Positions 1-38,030 of a stretch of 64,000 bases of DNA are shown here, piece by piece (position 1 is the first letter of the stretch; each line of letters begins with the position of its first letter). Made by a program: the position numbers and the translations under genes. The notes beneath the pieces are model-generated. The model was not told the DNA's origin. It ran no database searches and worked only from the letters and a program-made list of their open reading frames with translations. Source of the stretch: Mobula hypostoma (lineage: Eukaryota); assembly GCF_963921235.1 (NCBI RefSeq), contig NC_086103.1:162192001-162256000 (forward strand). Direction: 5' to 3'.

Positions 1-870
1 CTCTAATATCCCCCTTGAACTTCCCACCCCTTACCTAAAAGCCATGTCCTCTTGTACTGAGCAGTGGTGCCCTGGGGAAGAGGCGCTGGCTGTTAACAGG
101 TTAAGATGATAAAAACAACAGCCCAAGTCCATTGTTGCCATGGCTTTAATTCAGAGCAGCTGCTATTATTCATCCCATTTTTGTTTTCCTGGCTTATTGG
201 GGAATGTTACATTTGCCTTGGTGCTCAGGATCATTTAGTGTTGTTTAAGACAAAAGGAGGCAAAAGTAAAAATACTGCAAACCATTTCCTTTATTATTGT
301 ATGAATGAATTTCATGAATTTACCTATATTGATCCCAAAGTCATTAAATGTTTCCACTTTTATACAAACAAAGAAATAAATTGATCTTGCACTCAACATT
401 ATTTTTCGGTAAGTAATTTCTCCAACCTGATTATGTTTAAATATACCAAAGGATTTTACATTTATAAAACACATTTTCCACATTAATGTACATCAACTAA
501 TATGACAGAAATATTTTTGGTTCTTAAATTTATCATTATTACTTTAATATATTTGTTTTTAAAAATGTACAAGAACAGAGATGTATAAAAGACTCCTACT
601 TTCTTTAAATAAAAAAGTGAATGCAGATATTACAAAATGATGCAAATGTTTCAGAATTTACTGTTAAAATATATGGCTGTCCACAATGCACAAACTTTTG
701 CATTTCAAAGCACACTGCATCCAGTGAAATTTATCTGAAACTACACAGGCATAGTATCAGGTGCTGTTATAAAAGAACAGAGAAAAATCATTTGAAAAAT
801 TATGCTGTTCCCTTTAGTCAGACTACCATAGGGTTAAAAATGGTACATACCACAGCTACAGTACTTTCAT

Positions 871-876
871 TTTATT
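871..876 (-). terminator. candidate ALG8 polyadenylation signal AATAAA
   Basis: AATAAA about 120 nt 3' of the ALG8 stop on the minus strand; another lies at 290-295. Confidence 0.4.
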
Positions 877-997
877 TTGCATTCATAATTCTTACATCAT
901 GTTTGTGATCCTTGTATTACATCCATAATTACTCCATTGCCTATGATTTGGTCATATTCCATTAATACACAACTCCAAATTAATAACACAACTTAAG

Positions 998-26162
<25,165 letters not shown>

Positions 26163-27937
26163 AGCTGTTTCACACAACTTTATTCAAACCTACTGCTGCG
26201 AGCAGAGCAAGTGTAGGGCGTCTCCCTGAGCTCGATGTTAGCTATATCATCCACAGTTGATGCAAGCCTGTTACTTTTCTATTTGCATTATTCTGCCACT
26301 GTTGCCTCAGAAAATGCTTGCTTTACATTAGTTTTTTTAAAAAATAAATGCAATACAAAGTCAGCTTCTGTTGCTTGTTGCAATAATGACAGTTTGAAAT
26401 AAAGTTCAAAATGGTCATGGACCAGTATTTGGAGTTTAAAAAATTCTCACTGTTCACATCAGAAGCTAAGATTTCCATACGTTCCTGGTTTCCCAGCAGT
26501 ATTGCAACATACTTTCTGGATTTATTTTTGTATATTTTTTTCTGAATTCCAATTGAGACTCAAGAGACGGCAAATGCTGGAATCTGGAGCAACATACAGA
26601 TGCTAAAGGTCAGGCACGCAGCCTGCACTTTGTGTGTTGCTCCTAAAGTACAATTACATTATTGCTTTACAAACTCTGTCTTGTACGTTTATCTTTATGT
26701 GAGTTGCAATTCCTTTGGTTAAATATTTTAAAATCTATTCTTTTAATTTAAAAAATAAATATTTCAGCTTTTGTGTGTTAGTACCAATATTTATTTTAGC
26801 TTCTACTAAATGTTTCACATATCAAGGAAGAATTTTTTTTTCTCTTCAGGTTTGATACCTGTGAAAGTACTTCACTATGATTAGCTGTTCACGTAGTATA
26901 TATTCCAATATTTATTTCACCCAGTATGAAGTGTTTAAAATATTAGCTAAAATAGTTTCTTCCTTAATTGTCTGTGAGAACTGATTAACTAGATGATTAT
27001 GATATTTGCTAAATGCCAAAAATATCTTTGTATTAATGCCTGCCAGCTGCAAACATCAGAAAGTGGGAAGCTTACAATATAGAAGCTCAGTGTTCCATCT
27101 TTATCTGCAGTTTTCATGGAATCATAGGTACTATGATATACTATACAGCATTGCAAATATGTTGTCGATGCTTATAATCTGCAACAATTTGCTGTGGTGG
27201 GATTGAATTCTATCAACAGATTACCAGGACACTCTTGTATCAGTATATTACCAATTGCTGTATACTTTTAATCCCTGCACTCTGGCCTCACAATCTACCT
27301 CATTATGATCCTGCACTTGCCCTGTAACTCTTATACACTGTTATTGTTTTACTTTGTCTCACCTCAATGCACTGTGTGTTGATTGTACGCAAAAGAAGCT
27401 TTTCACTGTATCATATACGTGTGACACTAATAAACCAATACCAATATTATCAATAAGTTTAAATAAATTTATTATTTTTGTTAGCAAATGGTTTAGCAGT
27501 AACTAAGGTATCATTTGTGTCAAATATGCCTAGATAACAATGTAGATTCCTTAGCAAAACCAGCATTGATATTCAGTACAAATGCAAGCGTTTCTTTCCA
27601 AGCTTCAATAGGTAAAAGTATTATGATGTACAGAATCTCCATGTTGTTTTCACTTAATTAATAAACCTTTTTTTTCCCCAGGAGCGAACAAGATTATACA
27701 TCATTGTGCAGAGTCAGTCCATTATGATCTTCAGGTATTTGTAAACGTGAGCAGGAACAGGTGGTCCACAGTGTGTTGTAGACCAATCAAAAATTGACAC
27801 TATGATGGTAATCTAATGTCACATAGTATGTGGAATGAAGAATATCAATTAAAGGATTCAAGTAATATCATTTTAATGATTACAAGAGATGATTTGCAAG
27901 CAGTCAGTGATTAATTTGCTGGTTATGGAGTTCTTAT

Positions 27938-28212
27938 TTAGTAGTGCAGTGGTTAGCACAACACTTCACAGTAGCAGCAACCCAGGTTCATTTCATGCCA
28001 TTGCCAGTAAGGAGTTTGTATGTTCTCCCTGTGATTGTGTGGGTTCCCTCTGGGCGCTCAGGCTTCCTCCCACAATCCAAAGACGTACCAGTTAATTGGT
28101 CATTTTAAATTGTCTCACTATAAGACTAGGGTTAAATCGGGGGTTGCTGGGCAGCGCAGCTCGAAAGGACGAAAGGGTCTATTCCGTGCTGCATCTCAAT
28201 AAATAAATAAAT
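27938..28212 (+). mobile_element. tRNA-derived V-SINE (HE1-like)
   Basis: tRNA head, V-domain gtttgtatgttctccctgtg...ttcctcccaca, (TAAA)n tail. Confidence 0.8.
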
Positions 28213-28377
28213 GTGGGAGATTGAGCAATTTAGAAATGGAATGGGCAAGGTGCTTGTTTTCAATAATTGCTGCCAACAGGCTCTGGAGCTCTGATTCCCT
28301 TCCTCAGTGTCTGCCTGTTTTTCTCTTCTACAATGATATTGAAAACCCTTCTCTTTGACCAAATAGGGGCAGAAGAG

Positions 28378-28686
28378 ACTTTGACAAACTTGCAGAGATG
28401 TGTGGTGGAGAGTATATTGACAGACAGCATCACTGCCCAGTATGGAAATACCAATACCCTTGGAAGGAAAATTCTACAAAAAGTAGTGGATGCAGCCCAG
28501 TACATCACAGGTAAATCCCTCCCCACCATTGAGCACATCCACACAGAGCATTACCGTAGGAAAGCAGCATCCATCATCCTTCTTGCTGCTGCCATCAGGA
28601 AGAAGTTACAGGAGCCTCAGGATTCAGGAACAGTTATTACCCCTCAGTCATCAGGCTCTTGAAACAAAGGGGACAACTTCACTTGA
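28378..28686 (+). mobile_element. LINE 3' fragment; its tail resumes at 30043-30076 after the Tc1 insertion
   Basis: CVVESILTDSITAQYGN...LPTIEHIH; tail tgtactttgataataaatttactctaaactttga. Confidence 0.8.
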
Positions 28687-30040
28687 CCTTCCACAAGCTT
28701 CTCACAGTAAGTTGCTGGAATTCTGTTCCATTCCTCTAGGCAGAACTGGTGTAACTGAGTCAGGTTTGTAGGCCTCCTTGCTCGCACACGCTTTTTTAGT
28801 TCTGCCCACAAATTTTCTACCAGATTGAGGTCAGAAAACAATGTCAAGTCTGGTTCATCCTTGGGAGCAATTTCCAAACACCTGAAGGTACCACATTCAT
28901 CTGTACAAACAATAGTACACAAGTATAAACACCATGGGACCACACAGCCGTTATACCACTCAGGAAGGAGACGCATTCTGTCTCCTAGAGATGAATGTAC
29001 TTTGGCACGAAAAGTGCAAATCAATCCTAGAACAACAGCAAAGGACCTTGTGAAGATGCTGGAGGAAAGAGGTAGACAAGTATCTATATCCACAGTAAAA
29101 CGAGTCCTATATCGACATAACCTGAAAGGCTGCTCAGCAAGGAAGAAGCCACTGCTCCAAAACTGCCATAAAAAAGCCAGACTACAGTTTGCAAGTGCAC
29201 ATGGGGACAAAGATGTTACTTTTTGGAGAAATGTTCTCTGGTCTGATGAAACAAAAATTGAACTGTTTGGCCATAATGACCATCGTTATGTTTGGAGGAA
29301 AAAGGGTGAGGCTTGCAAGCCGAAGAACACCATCTCAACTGTGAAGCATGGGGGTGGCAGCATCATGTTGTGGGGGTGCTTTGCTGCAGGAGGGACTGGT
29401 ACATTCACAAAATAGATGGCATCATGAGGAGGGAAAATTATGTGGATATTATTGAAGCAACATCTCAAGACATCAGCCAGGAAGTTAAGGCTCAGAGGCA
29501 AATGGGTCTTCCAAATGGAGAATAACCCCAAGCATACCTCCAAAGTTGTGGCAAAGTTGCTCAAGGACAACAAAGTCAAGGTATTGGAGTGGCCATCACA
29601 AAGCCCTGACCTCAACCCAATAGAAAATTTGTGGGTAGAACTGAAAAAGCGTGTGCGAGCAAGGAGGCCTACAAACCTGACTCAGTTACACCAGTTCTGT
29701 CTGGAGGAATGGAACAAAATTCCAGCAACTTACTGTGAGAAGCGTGTGGAAGGCTACCCAAAACGTTTGACCCAAGTTAAACAATTTAAAGGCAATGCTA
29801 CCAAATACTAACAAAGTGTATGTAAACTTCTGACCCACTGGAAAAGTGATGAAAGAAATTAAGAGCTGAAATAAATCATTCTCTCTACTATTATTCTGAC
29901 ATTTCACATTCTTAAAATAAAGTAGTGATCCTAACTGACCTAAGACAGGGAATGTTTTCTAGGATTTAATGTCAGGAATTGTGAAAAACTGAGTTTAAAT
30001 GTATTTGGCTAAGGTGTATGTAAACTTCTGACTTCAACTG
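28687..30040 (+). mobile_element. Sleeping Beauty-like (IR/DR) Tc1 transposon, defective
   Basis: Transposase from KSGSSLGAISK to QFKGNATKY* with -1/+1 frameshifts near 29403 and 29449; intact right IR/DR ending GTGTATGTAAACTTCTGACTTCAACTG-TA with inner DR near 29815. Confidence 0.95.
28845..29811 (+). pseudogene. DD34E Tc1 transposase pseudogene
   Basis: WSDETK and SPDLNPIENLW present; second catalytic Asp changed (FQMDND to FQMENN); first ~19 codons missing; internal stop at 29413-29415. Confidence 0.92.
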
Positions 30041-30261
30041 TATGTACTTTGATAATAAATTTACTCTAAACTTTGAAGATACTGGAATCTGGAGCAACTC
30101 ACAAGCTGCTGGAGAAAGTCAGAGAAACAAAAAAAACCTCATCTTTTAGACAAGGTGAATGGTCTTGACCTGAAACGACACCTATCCAGTTCTTGCTGTA
30201 CACACTGTCAGACTCGCTGAGTTCCCGCAGTGTCTTTGTGTTGCTTTTTAAAGGAACAATA

Positions 30262-30772
30262 GGAGGGGTGATTGATAAGTTCATGGCCTAAGGTAGAATA
30301 AGTCAATTTTAGAAAACCTAGCACATTTATTTTTCCTATATTTACACAGTTAGTCCAGCGGTCGTGGAGCACACGGATCCCTTCTTTGTAGAAGTCGGCG
30401 TCTTGGACCTCCAGAAAGTGGTCCACAGCAGGGGTGATTGATAAGTTTCTGGCCTAAGGTAGAAGGAGATGAGTTATTAACTTCAAACTTCCTACATAAT
30501 CACTCAAAGACTTGAACTGCACATACATGTAACGAGAGCTGTATAACTCATCTCCTTCTACCTTAGGCCACAAACTTATCAATCACCCCTGCTGTGGACC
30601 ACTTTCTGGAGGTCCAAGACGCCGACTTCTACAAAGAAGGGATCCGTGTGCTCCACGACCGCTGGACTAACTGTGTAAATGTAGGAGGGGACTATGTTGA
30701 AAAATAAATGTGCTAGGTATTTAAAAATTGACTCCTTCTGCCTTAGGCCACAAACTTATCAATCACCCCTCG
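30262..30772. mobile_element. palindromic mariner-derived MITE with four TIR copies
   Basis: TA flanks at 30260-61 and 30773-74; arms ~30262-30477 and ~30543-30772; mariner C-terminus FYKEGIRVLHDRWTNCVNVGGDYVEK*. Confidence 0.9.
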
Positions 30773-31255
30773 TAAAAGTAAAGATTGTTGAAATTTACAT
30801 GAGGTGAGTCGGTTTTAACAAAACAACCAAAATTAAACCAATGAAGTAAAATAAGCATAGATCAGGTTAAAAGGTTGTCACAACATTGTGGACCAAAGGG
30901 CTTGTACCGTGCTGTACTGTTCTAAGAAACAATATTTTAAACACACATTTTACATGAAATTTATTATGAAGTACATAAACTATTCAGTTTTCATTTAAAC
31001 ACAAGACACAGGAATAGAATTAGCCCCTTTGGTCCATTGAGTCTGCTCGGCCATTCCATCGTGGCTGACTTATTATCCTTCTCAATCCCATCTCCTGCCT
31101 TCTCCCCAGAACCTTTGACACTCTTACCAATCATGAACCTGTCAACTTCCGCTTTAAGTATACCTAATGACTTGGCCTGAAGTGCATGGGAAACCAATGT
31201 TTGTCATCAAATCCAGTCAGTCTTATTAACCTCAATGAAGGCAACTGCATTAGTT

Positions 31256-31990
31256 TTACCAGCACTGAGTGAAATGGAGGACCAGAGGGCTGGATGAAGT
31301 GGGAGGAAGAGAATGGAGAAGGAATCCACCATTTACTGCTATCTTCACGACGTGTTGCAAAAACATTTGCAGATTTTTGATTTTCTGATGAGAGGGTGCA
31401 ACGAAGAGGCTTTTCCAATTCTGCAGTAAATATTGTCCTTCCATTGCGTTTAAGCCACTTTCAACCCATTCTACAGTCATAAATTTCTGGTTCTGTTCTT
31501 TGGTGTTTATAGCCACACTCTCCCCATTAACTCTATGGTAGAACTTGGAATTCAGGAGTTTCAGTAAGGCACATGATGTAGAAAATACTTGAACACTCAT
31601 GATTTTTCCGGTAAAAGAACCAATATTATGTAAATGCGAGTCATAAATGATGTTAAGAATTGTATTCATTCTCACTTTAGTAGGCTTCACCGTGACTTTC
31701 TGCAAAGCCTCCAGCAGAGGTTGGATCTGAAAAAAATCAGCCTCTCTGTTCAGAAGATCCAGCTCTTGGAAATCATGTGGAAGATCCAACTGTGATGTGC
31801 GAAGGAAATTTAGGATGTAGCGAAACATTTTTCCATCTCTATCGATGAAGCAGTTTCCTTGTATATCTTTTTTAATGGGCAACATTCCACCGAACATTGA
31901 ACCAAGCATTGAGTCTGGATAGCGAGTTAAAGTTGTCAAAGAAGTGGTGTACAAGCTTCCCCCTACGTTCAGCGTTATTGGTTCAGACAT
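31256..31990 (-). CDS. KCTD21: BTB/POZ (T1) domain protein KCTD21, 244 aa, single coding exon
   Basis: MSEPITLNVGGSLYTTSLTTLTRYPDSMLGSMFGG...GNCFIDRDGKMFRYILNFLRTS; C-terminal FSTSCALLKLLNSK; adjacent to ALG8 in the same orientation as in human; acceptor TTTTTCCTTACAG| at 32014 and Kozak CACCATG. Confidence 0.93.
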   Translation of the reverse strand: MSEPITLNVGGSLYTTSLTTLTRYPDSMLGSMFGGMLPIKKDIQGNCFIDRDGKMFRYILNFLRTSQLDLPHDFQELDLLNREADFFQIQPLLEALQKVTVKPTKVRMNTILNIIYDSHLHNIGSFTGKIMSVQVFSTSCALLKLLNSKFYHRVNGESVAINTKEQNQKFMTVEWVESGLNAMEGQYLLQNWKSLFVAPSHQKIKNLQMFLQHVVKIAVNGGFLLHSLPPTSSSPLVLHFTQCW

Positions 31991-34437
31991 GGTGAGGTCC
32001 TTATCTTAAGTTTCTGTAAGGAAAAAGTAAAATATGGGATCCAAAATGTAAGCTTAAGTTTAAAATAAATCTGCTGTTGTTGCAAAGTCCTAGACTGTTA
32101 CATTCCGTCACATCCTTATAACACGTCAATGGGAGATGCAGATTAAAGCTGGCTCCATTATGTCTGCAAGCAGTTTAAACTAAACTTAAAATGCACTTGC
32201 GCAAATAAAGTAACAAATTTTCTCCTTAAATCGAGAGATGTGCATTCCATACCTAACAAAACACGGGATTTCTGGACAATCTTATTAACTTTAAATTGCC
32301 AGACACCATTTAGAAACCTGCTGATTGCTCTTGGGTACATGACGCCTTATTTTGCAGCACAGAACAAAAGGAAAAATCACCCTTTTTGAAAAGTGCCTCT
32401 TCATTATGGAATTTCAAAACCAATAAGTAAATAGTGTTAGCATAATTAATGCTGCTGTTTCCACAAAAGTATATCTAACTTGTTATTTAAAAATATTGTT
32501 ATAATATATCAATGATGAAATAGTCAATAGAATTACTCTACATCTATCACTGAAACATAATAGCATTATATACATATCATTCAAGGACTTTTACAATAGA
32601 CAAAAATACTATTTAACAAATTCAGGCAGAAATTACCATCTTACTATTATAGTAGATTTGGCCAAATGGTTACTAAACCTGAAGAAAATCACAGTGTAGC
32701 GAAAGACTCTAATCAGAACTTTTTTGCAGTATCAGTCTGATGCTTTGAAGAGTAAGTGAAAATTATAGCATGAACTTAAGCAAGCCTATAAAATAATATT
32801 AGACTTACATAAATCTTTAAGCAAATTGCTTTATGTTTAAAGAACTTTATTAAAAGTCCATTTAATCTAGGTAAAAAGGAATCCTCTAAAGTACAGAATT
32901 AGGAACAAAGTATTGAAAAGAATTTTATTCAAAGGCCACAAAAGGTATTAAAGTAGGAATATCTCTGACCACAAAATCATTGATTTGAAATTTTTTTCAA
33001 CTAAATCCATTAAAACTCTACCAAAATTCCAGGATATTCTGTATTTAGTCATTTTAAAGGTACAAAAAAAACATGGTTACACCCAGAATGCTGAGTTTTA
33101 GACACCTGTTTAAAGGTTCTCTCTCTAGTGTGACTATCCAAATGTGTTAGGTTCTCTCACAGCCAACTCCTGGGAACAATCACCTAGTCTCTAAATCTAA
33201 TAGAGAGCTTGGTGGAAGATGTGAAGAATTCTGAAAAAGGTACAGTGCAATGCAGGAATTCTAAACCTTACCTTCAATTCAAAGGAGTGCACAGAACAGG
33301 AGTCTTAGAAAGGTAGTTTTATTAATCCCATAATGCACTTCAGTTAGTCACTTCAAAACACACCTGATGAACAGGAATTGCAACATGACACGTAACACCT
33401 GCAGAAGGTTTAGGCTAATCACTGGCAAACATTTACTAATTTCCTGATCAAAACATTGTGCAATAAAAACGCCCCACAAGCTGGCCACACGGTAACTGTG
33501 ACCAGAAAAACTGAAACCTTTCCGATTGAAGATCTTTCTTCAGGCCCAGGAAAAGTTAGAGAGCAGGCATATTTTAAGTTATAGAGAAGGCATGGGGTGG
33601 AGAGAACACAGAGGATGTCTGTGATAGGAGAGCAGCAAAGAGATTGAAAGGCACAATTGGTGGCAGTACTTGCTGAGAATAGATGTTGAAGCCTTATTAG
33701 TTGCAGTTGCTCTATCTAGCCCTTAGAACTCGATATTAAATTCAAGAATTTCAAATAACCACCCTTTTCAGATGATGCCAACACTGGCCAGTTATGATGA
33801 AAGACCTTCATTCTTTCACACTACCTCTAGTATTCCTATTTTATTTAAAATTTCCCATCAATTACAATGTATCTTGCAGTTCCAGCAGTTTTCTCTCTCT
33901 TTTACATGCATTCATTTCTCTCTAATTAAATCTCCTTCTGACAGAGCAGCTGCAACCAGCAACCCCCACCAACCTTGTCACACTTGACATTCGGCCACAT
34001 GAAACATTAATTCATTTTTTCCCTTCACGGATGAGGTCTAATCCGGTGGGTATTTCCAGCATTTTGTTTACATTTCAGCCAATACAGATCTTGATCTTGT
34101 GATGAGCCTGAATTCAGTGCATGGCAGAATTTACAATGTAGCTTGATCTCCCAGACACAAACTAGAACTCGGGATCATGGTTTGAAGGTGAAAGGTGAAA
34201 TGTTTAAGGGGAACATGAGGGGGAACTTCTTCACTCAGAGGGTGGTGGATGTGGGATTGATTTCAACACTTAAGAGAAGTTTGGATAACTACATGATAGG
34301 AAGGGTATGGAGGGCTATGGTCCACGTGCAGCTTGATTGGATGAAGCAGAATTATAATTTGGCATAGACTAGATGTGTCAAAGGGCCTATTTCTGTGCTA
34401 CAGGACTCTGACAAACACTAAGAAGACTGATAATAAA

Positions 34438-36399
34438 TAGTCATAGTCATAGACATACTTTATTGATCCCGGGGGAAATTGGTTTTCGGTACAGTTGCAC
34501 CATAAATAATAAATAGTAATAGAACCATAAATAGTTAAATAGTAATATGTAAATTATGCCAGTAAATTATGAAATAAGTCCAGGACCAGCCTATCGGCTC
34601 AGGGTGTCTGACCCTCCAAGGGAGGAGTTGTAAAGTTTGATGGCCACAGGCAGGAATGACTTCCTATGACGCTCTGTGCTGCATCTTGGAGGAATGAGTC
34701 TCTGGCTGAATGTACTCCTGTGCCCACCCAGTACATTATGTAGTGGATGGGAGACATTGACCAAGATGGCATGCAACTTAGACAGCATCCTCTTTTCAGA
34801 CACCACCGTGAGAGAGTCCAGTTCCATCCCCACAACATCACTGGCCTTAGAGAATAGTTTGTTGATCCTGTTGGTGTCAGCTACCCTCAGCCTGCTGCCC
34901 CAGCACACAACAGCAAACATGATAGCACTGGCCACCACAGACTCGTAGAATATCCTCAGCATCGTCTGGCAGATGTTAAAGGACCTCAGTCTCCTCAGGA
35001 AATAGAGACGGCTCTGACCCTTCTTGTAGACAGCCTCAGTGTTCTTTGACCAGTCCAGTTTATTGTCAATTCGTATCCCCAGGTATCTGTAATCCTCCAC
35101 CATGTCCACACTGACCCCCTGGATGGAAACAGGGGTCACCGGTACCTTAGCTCTCCTCAGGTCTACCACCAGCTCCTTAGTCTTTTTCACATTAAGCTGC
35201 AGATAATTCTGCTCACACCATGTGACAAAGTTTCCTACAGTAGCCCTGTACTCAACCTCATCTCCCTTGCTGATGCATCAAACTATGGCAGAGTCATCCG
35301 AAAACTTCTGAAGATGACAAGACTCTGTGCAGTAGTTGAAGTCCGAGGTGTAAATGGTGAAGAGAAAGGGAGACAAGACAGTCCCCTGTGGAGCCCCAGT
35401 GCTGCTGATCACTCTGTCGGACACATAGTGTTGCAAGCACATGTACTGTGGTCTGCCAGTCAGGTAATTAAGAATCCATGACACCAGGGGAGCATCCACC
35501 TGCATCGCTGTCAGCTTCTCCCCCAGCAGAGCAGGGCGGGTGGTGTTGAACACACTGGAGAAGTAAAAAAACATGACCCTCACAGTGCTCACTGGCTTGT
35601 CCAGGTGGGCGAAGACACGGTTCAGCAGGTAGACGATGGCATCCTCAACTCCAAGTCGGGGCTGATAGGCGAACTGGAAGGGAACTAAGTGTGGTCTGAC
35701 CATAGGCCGGAGCAGCTCCAGAACAAGTCTCTCCAGGGACTTCGTGATGTGGGAGGTCAATGCCACCGGTCTGTAGTCATTGAGGCCGCTGGGGCGTGGC
35801 GTCTTCGGCACAGGGACGAGGCAGGATGTTTTCCACAGTACAGGAACCCTCCGGAGCCTCAGGCTCAGGTTGAATACATGGTGAAGTACTCCACATAGCT
35901 GAGGGGCACAGGCTTTGAGCACCCTGGTACTGACACCATCCGGTCCTGCAGCCTTGCTTGGGTTAAGACGTTTCAGCTGTCTTCTCACCTGCTCAGCCGT
36001 GAAGCCCACCGTGGTGGTTTTGTGTGGGGGAGGGGTATAGTCATGAGACCAGGGTGGGGGACTGTCAGGAGGGGTAGGAGGGAAGAGTGGAACATGTGTT
36101 GATTGGGGGCCAACCACAGATGGCTCATGTGGGGGATGGGCAGGGGTCACAATGTCAAATCTGTTAAAGAACAGGTTAAGTTCGTTGGCCCTGTCCACAC
36201 TGCCCTCAGCTCCTCTGTTGCTAGTTTGCCGGAACCCAGTGATGGTCCTCATCCCCCTTCAGACCTCTCTCATGTTGTTCTGCTGGAGTCCCCACTCAAG
36301 TTTCCTCCTGTACCTGTCTTTAGCCTCCCTGATCCTGGCTTTCAGGTCCCTCTGTATTGCCCTCAGCTCCTCCCTGTTTCCATCTCTAAACGCCCTCTT
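34438..36399 (-). mobile_element. young 5'-truncated Rex1/Babar LINE (RT domain)
   Basis: One reading frame with two nonsense codons; GPDG, DYRPVALTS, TGAPQGTVLSPFLF, LQKFSDD; (CTATGA)n tail; TAAATA flanking repeat. Confidence 0.92.
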
Positions 36400-36458
36400 T
36401 AAATATAACAATCCTAACTGAAGTTTGTACAAAGATTATCTGGTGGAGGTAGCCTCAC

Positions 36459-36497
36459 CCTGCCTGGGTTTGATGACGCAAGAAGTGGAACCTGGTG
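36459..36497 (-). other. candidate 39-nt non-coding internal exon (KCTD21 5' UTR)
   Basis: TTCATTTTTTACAG| ... CAGG|GTGAGG in apparently unique sequence; no ATG. Confidence 0.45.
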
Positions 36498-38030
36498 CTG
36501 TAAAAAATGAATTTTATTTACTTTTCACAAACTTTATGCAATGTCATCAATGCTCTAAGCCTCCCTCAAATTAACTTGATTTCTGAGTGTCAACAACTCT
36601 TTTACTTTCTGAAGCTGAAAGTTTAACTGCTCAGTAAAGGGTTTCAGATAACACACAGCCACATTTTGCGAAATTCACTCATGGGATGAATTGTTGTTCA
36701 ATGACACACCCACAACGAGTGGATCCCAGAAGCAGCGTCAACATAAACAGAACATTAGATAATTCACGTTGCTCAAATGCAGTCAATTAACTTGCCTGAA
36801 CAGATGAAATGCTGTCATTATCTATGTCCTCTTTTAGAATGATTGCCTTGTACAAGGAAGTTAACACTGCAAACCGCAGAGCTCAGAACAGCAAATAACT
36901 CGAAAACGCATAGTTGCCTTTAGGGAAACATACTGCAACTTGCTGCCCTCTGCTGATAAACTGGTTGCAAATACTAAAATAATTCAAGAAAATACTGCAG
37001 GAATCTGAAAATAGAAAATAGCAAAAATACTTGGTAGGATAAGCAACCTGTGGAGGGAGAAACTCTGGTACCAATAGATTAGTAACTTTGTGGTTTGTGA
37101 AAGACCACTAATCGTTTTTCCATTATAAGGAGTCAAAGGAGAATTATCAGATCGACATTGAGACAGAGCAGAATCAGAATCGGGTTTAAAATCACTAGCA
37201 GAACCAGGAAGGTACCAGAGAGAGCATCAAAATTCTTGGTCAAGGGAATTGGTTCAAGGAGCATCTTCGATGAGAGACCAATCTCTGCTCTAAGTAGTAG
37301 AAACAAAAAGTTTGAGAAGGAAATTTAAAGACCTCAGTAAGTGGAGGCATGGTTACTAATGTGGGGTAAAAAAAGCGGGGAAGACACAGAAGGCCAGAGT
37401 TGGAGGAAAGCATGTGTTTTGGTAAAGATCAATGGTGGAAGCAGATTGCAAAGGCAACGAGGGCAAACTCTTGGAGTGAATGCAGAGGAACTCTGGATTG
37501 AGATAGGGTAGAACAGCCTTTCTCAACCTGTCTGACCTGGAGGAAACCTTAAAATGTGCTTCAGGTCACAGTAATCACAGTCACAGCTTCCATGTAAAAA
37601 TCATTATATCTACAGCTCACAGTACATTAGCATGATCAGTAAGTTATAGACATAATAATCCAAAAATAATTGTCAATGCTCTTTAGAGTAGAGAATGAAT
37701 TTTTAGCCAACCTTTCTTGAAAAAAATACAGGTAGTTAAGCTTAGCTTATCTTTCTTGAAATTAGTCTCTTTCTTTCCTTTTCATAAATTTTAAAAACTC
37801 ATAAGGCAATAAATTTCTGTTAAATAACTGGCTTAGGCCAAAATGGGATTTATTTTTTCTAAAGGTAGGCTCGATAGATTTAATTTAAATAAAGGTTATA
37901 AATTGATTTTAATTAATGTGATTTACAACATGAAAATTTATTGACAATGTTGAACTGTAAAGTAACTAAAAACCATAAGCTAAAGCAATATGAATAAAAT
38001 GAATGCATTCAAAGCTGGGAAAAAGCACTT

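Noticed and set aside
28644-29210. 188-aa minus-strand ORF with a transposase-like end
   Set aside because: Chimera of antisense transposase and the inverted arm
28687-30040. Sleeping Beauty vector contamination
   Set aside because: Frameshifts, CpG decay, rearrangement and nesting in a host LINE indicate an old genomic insertion
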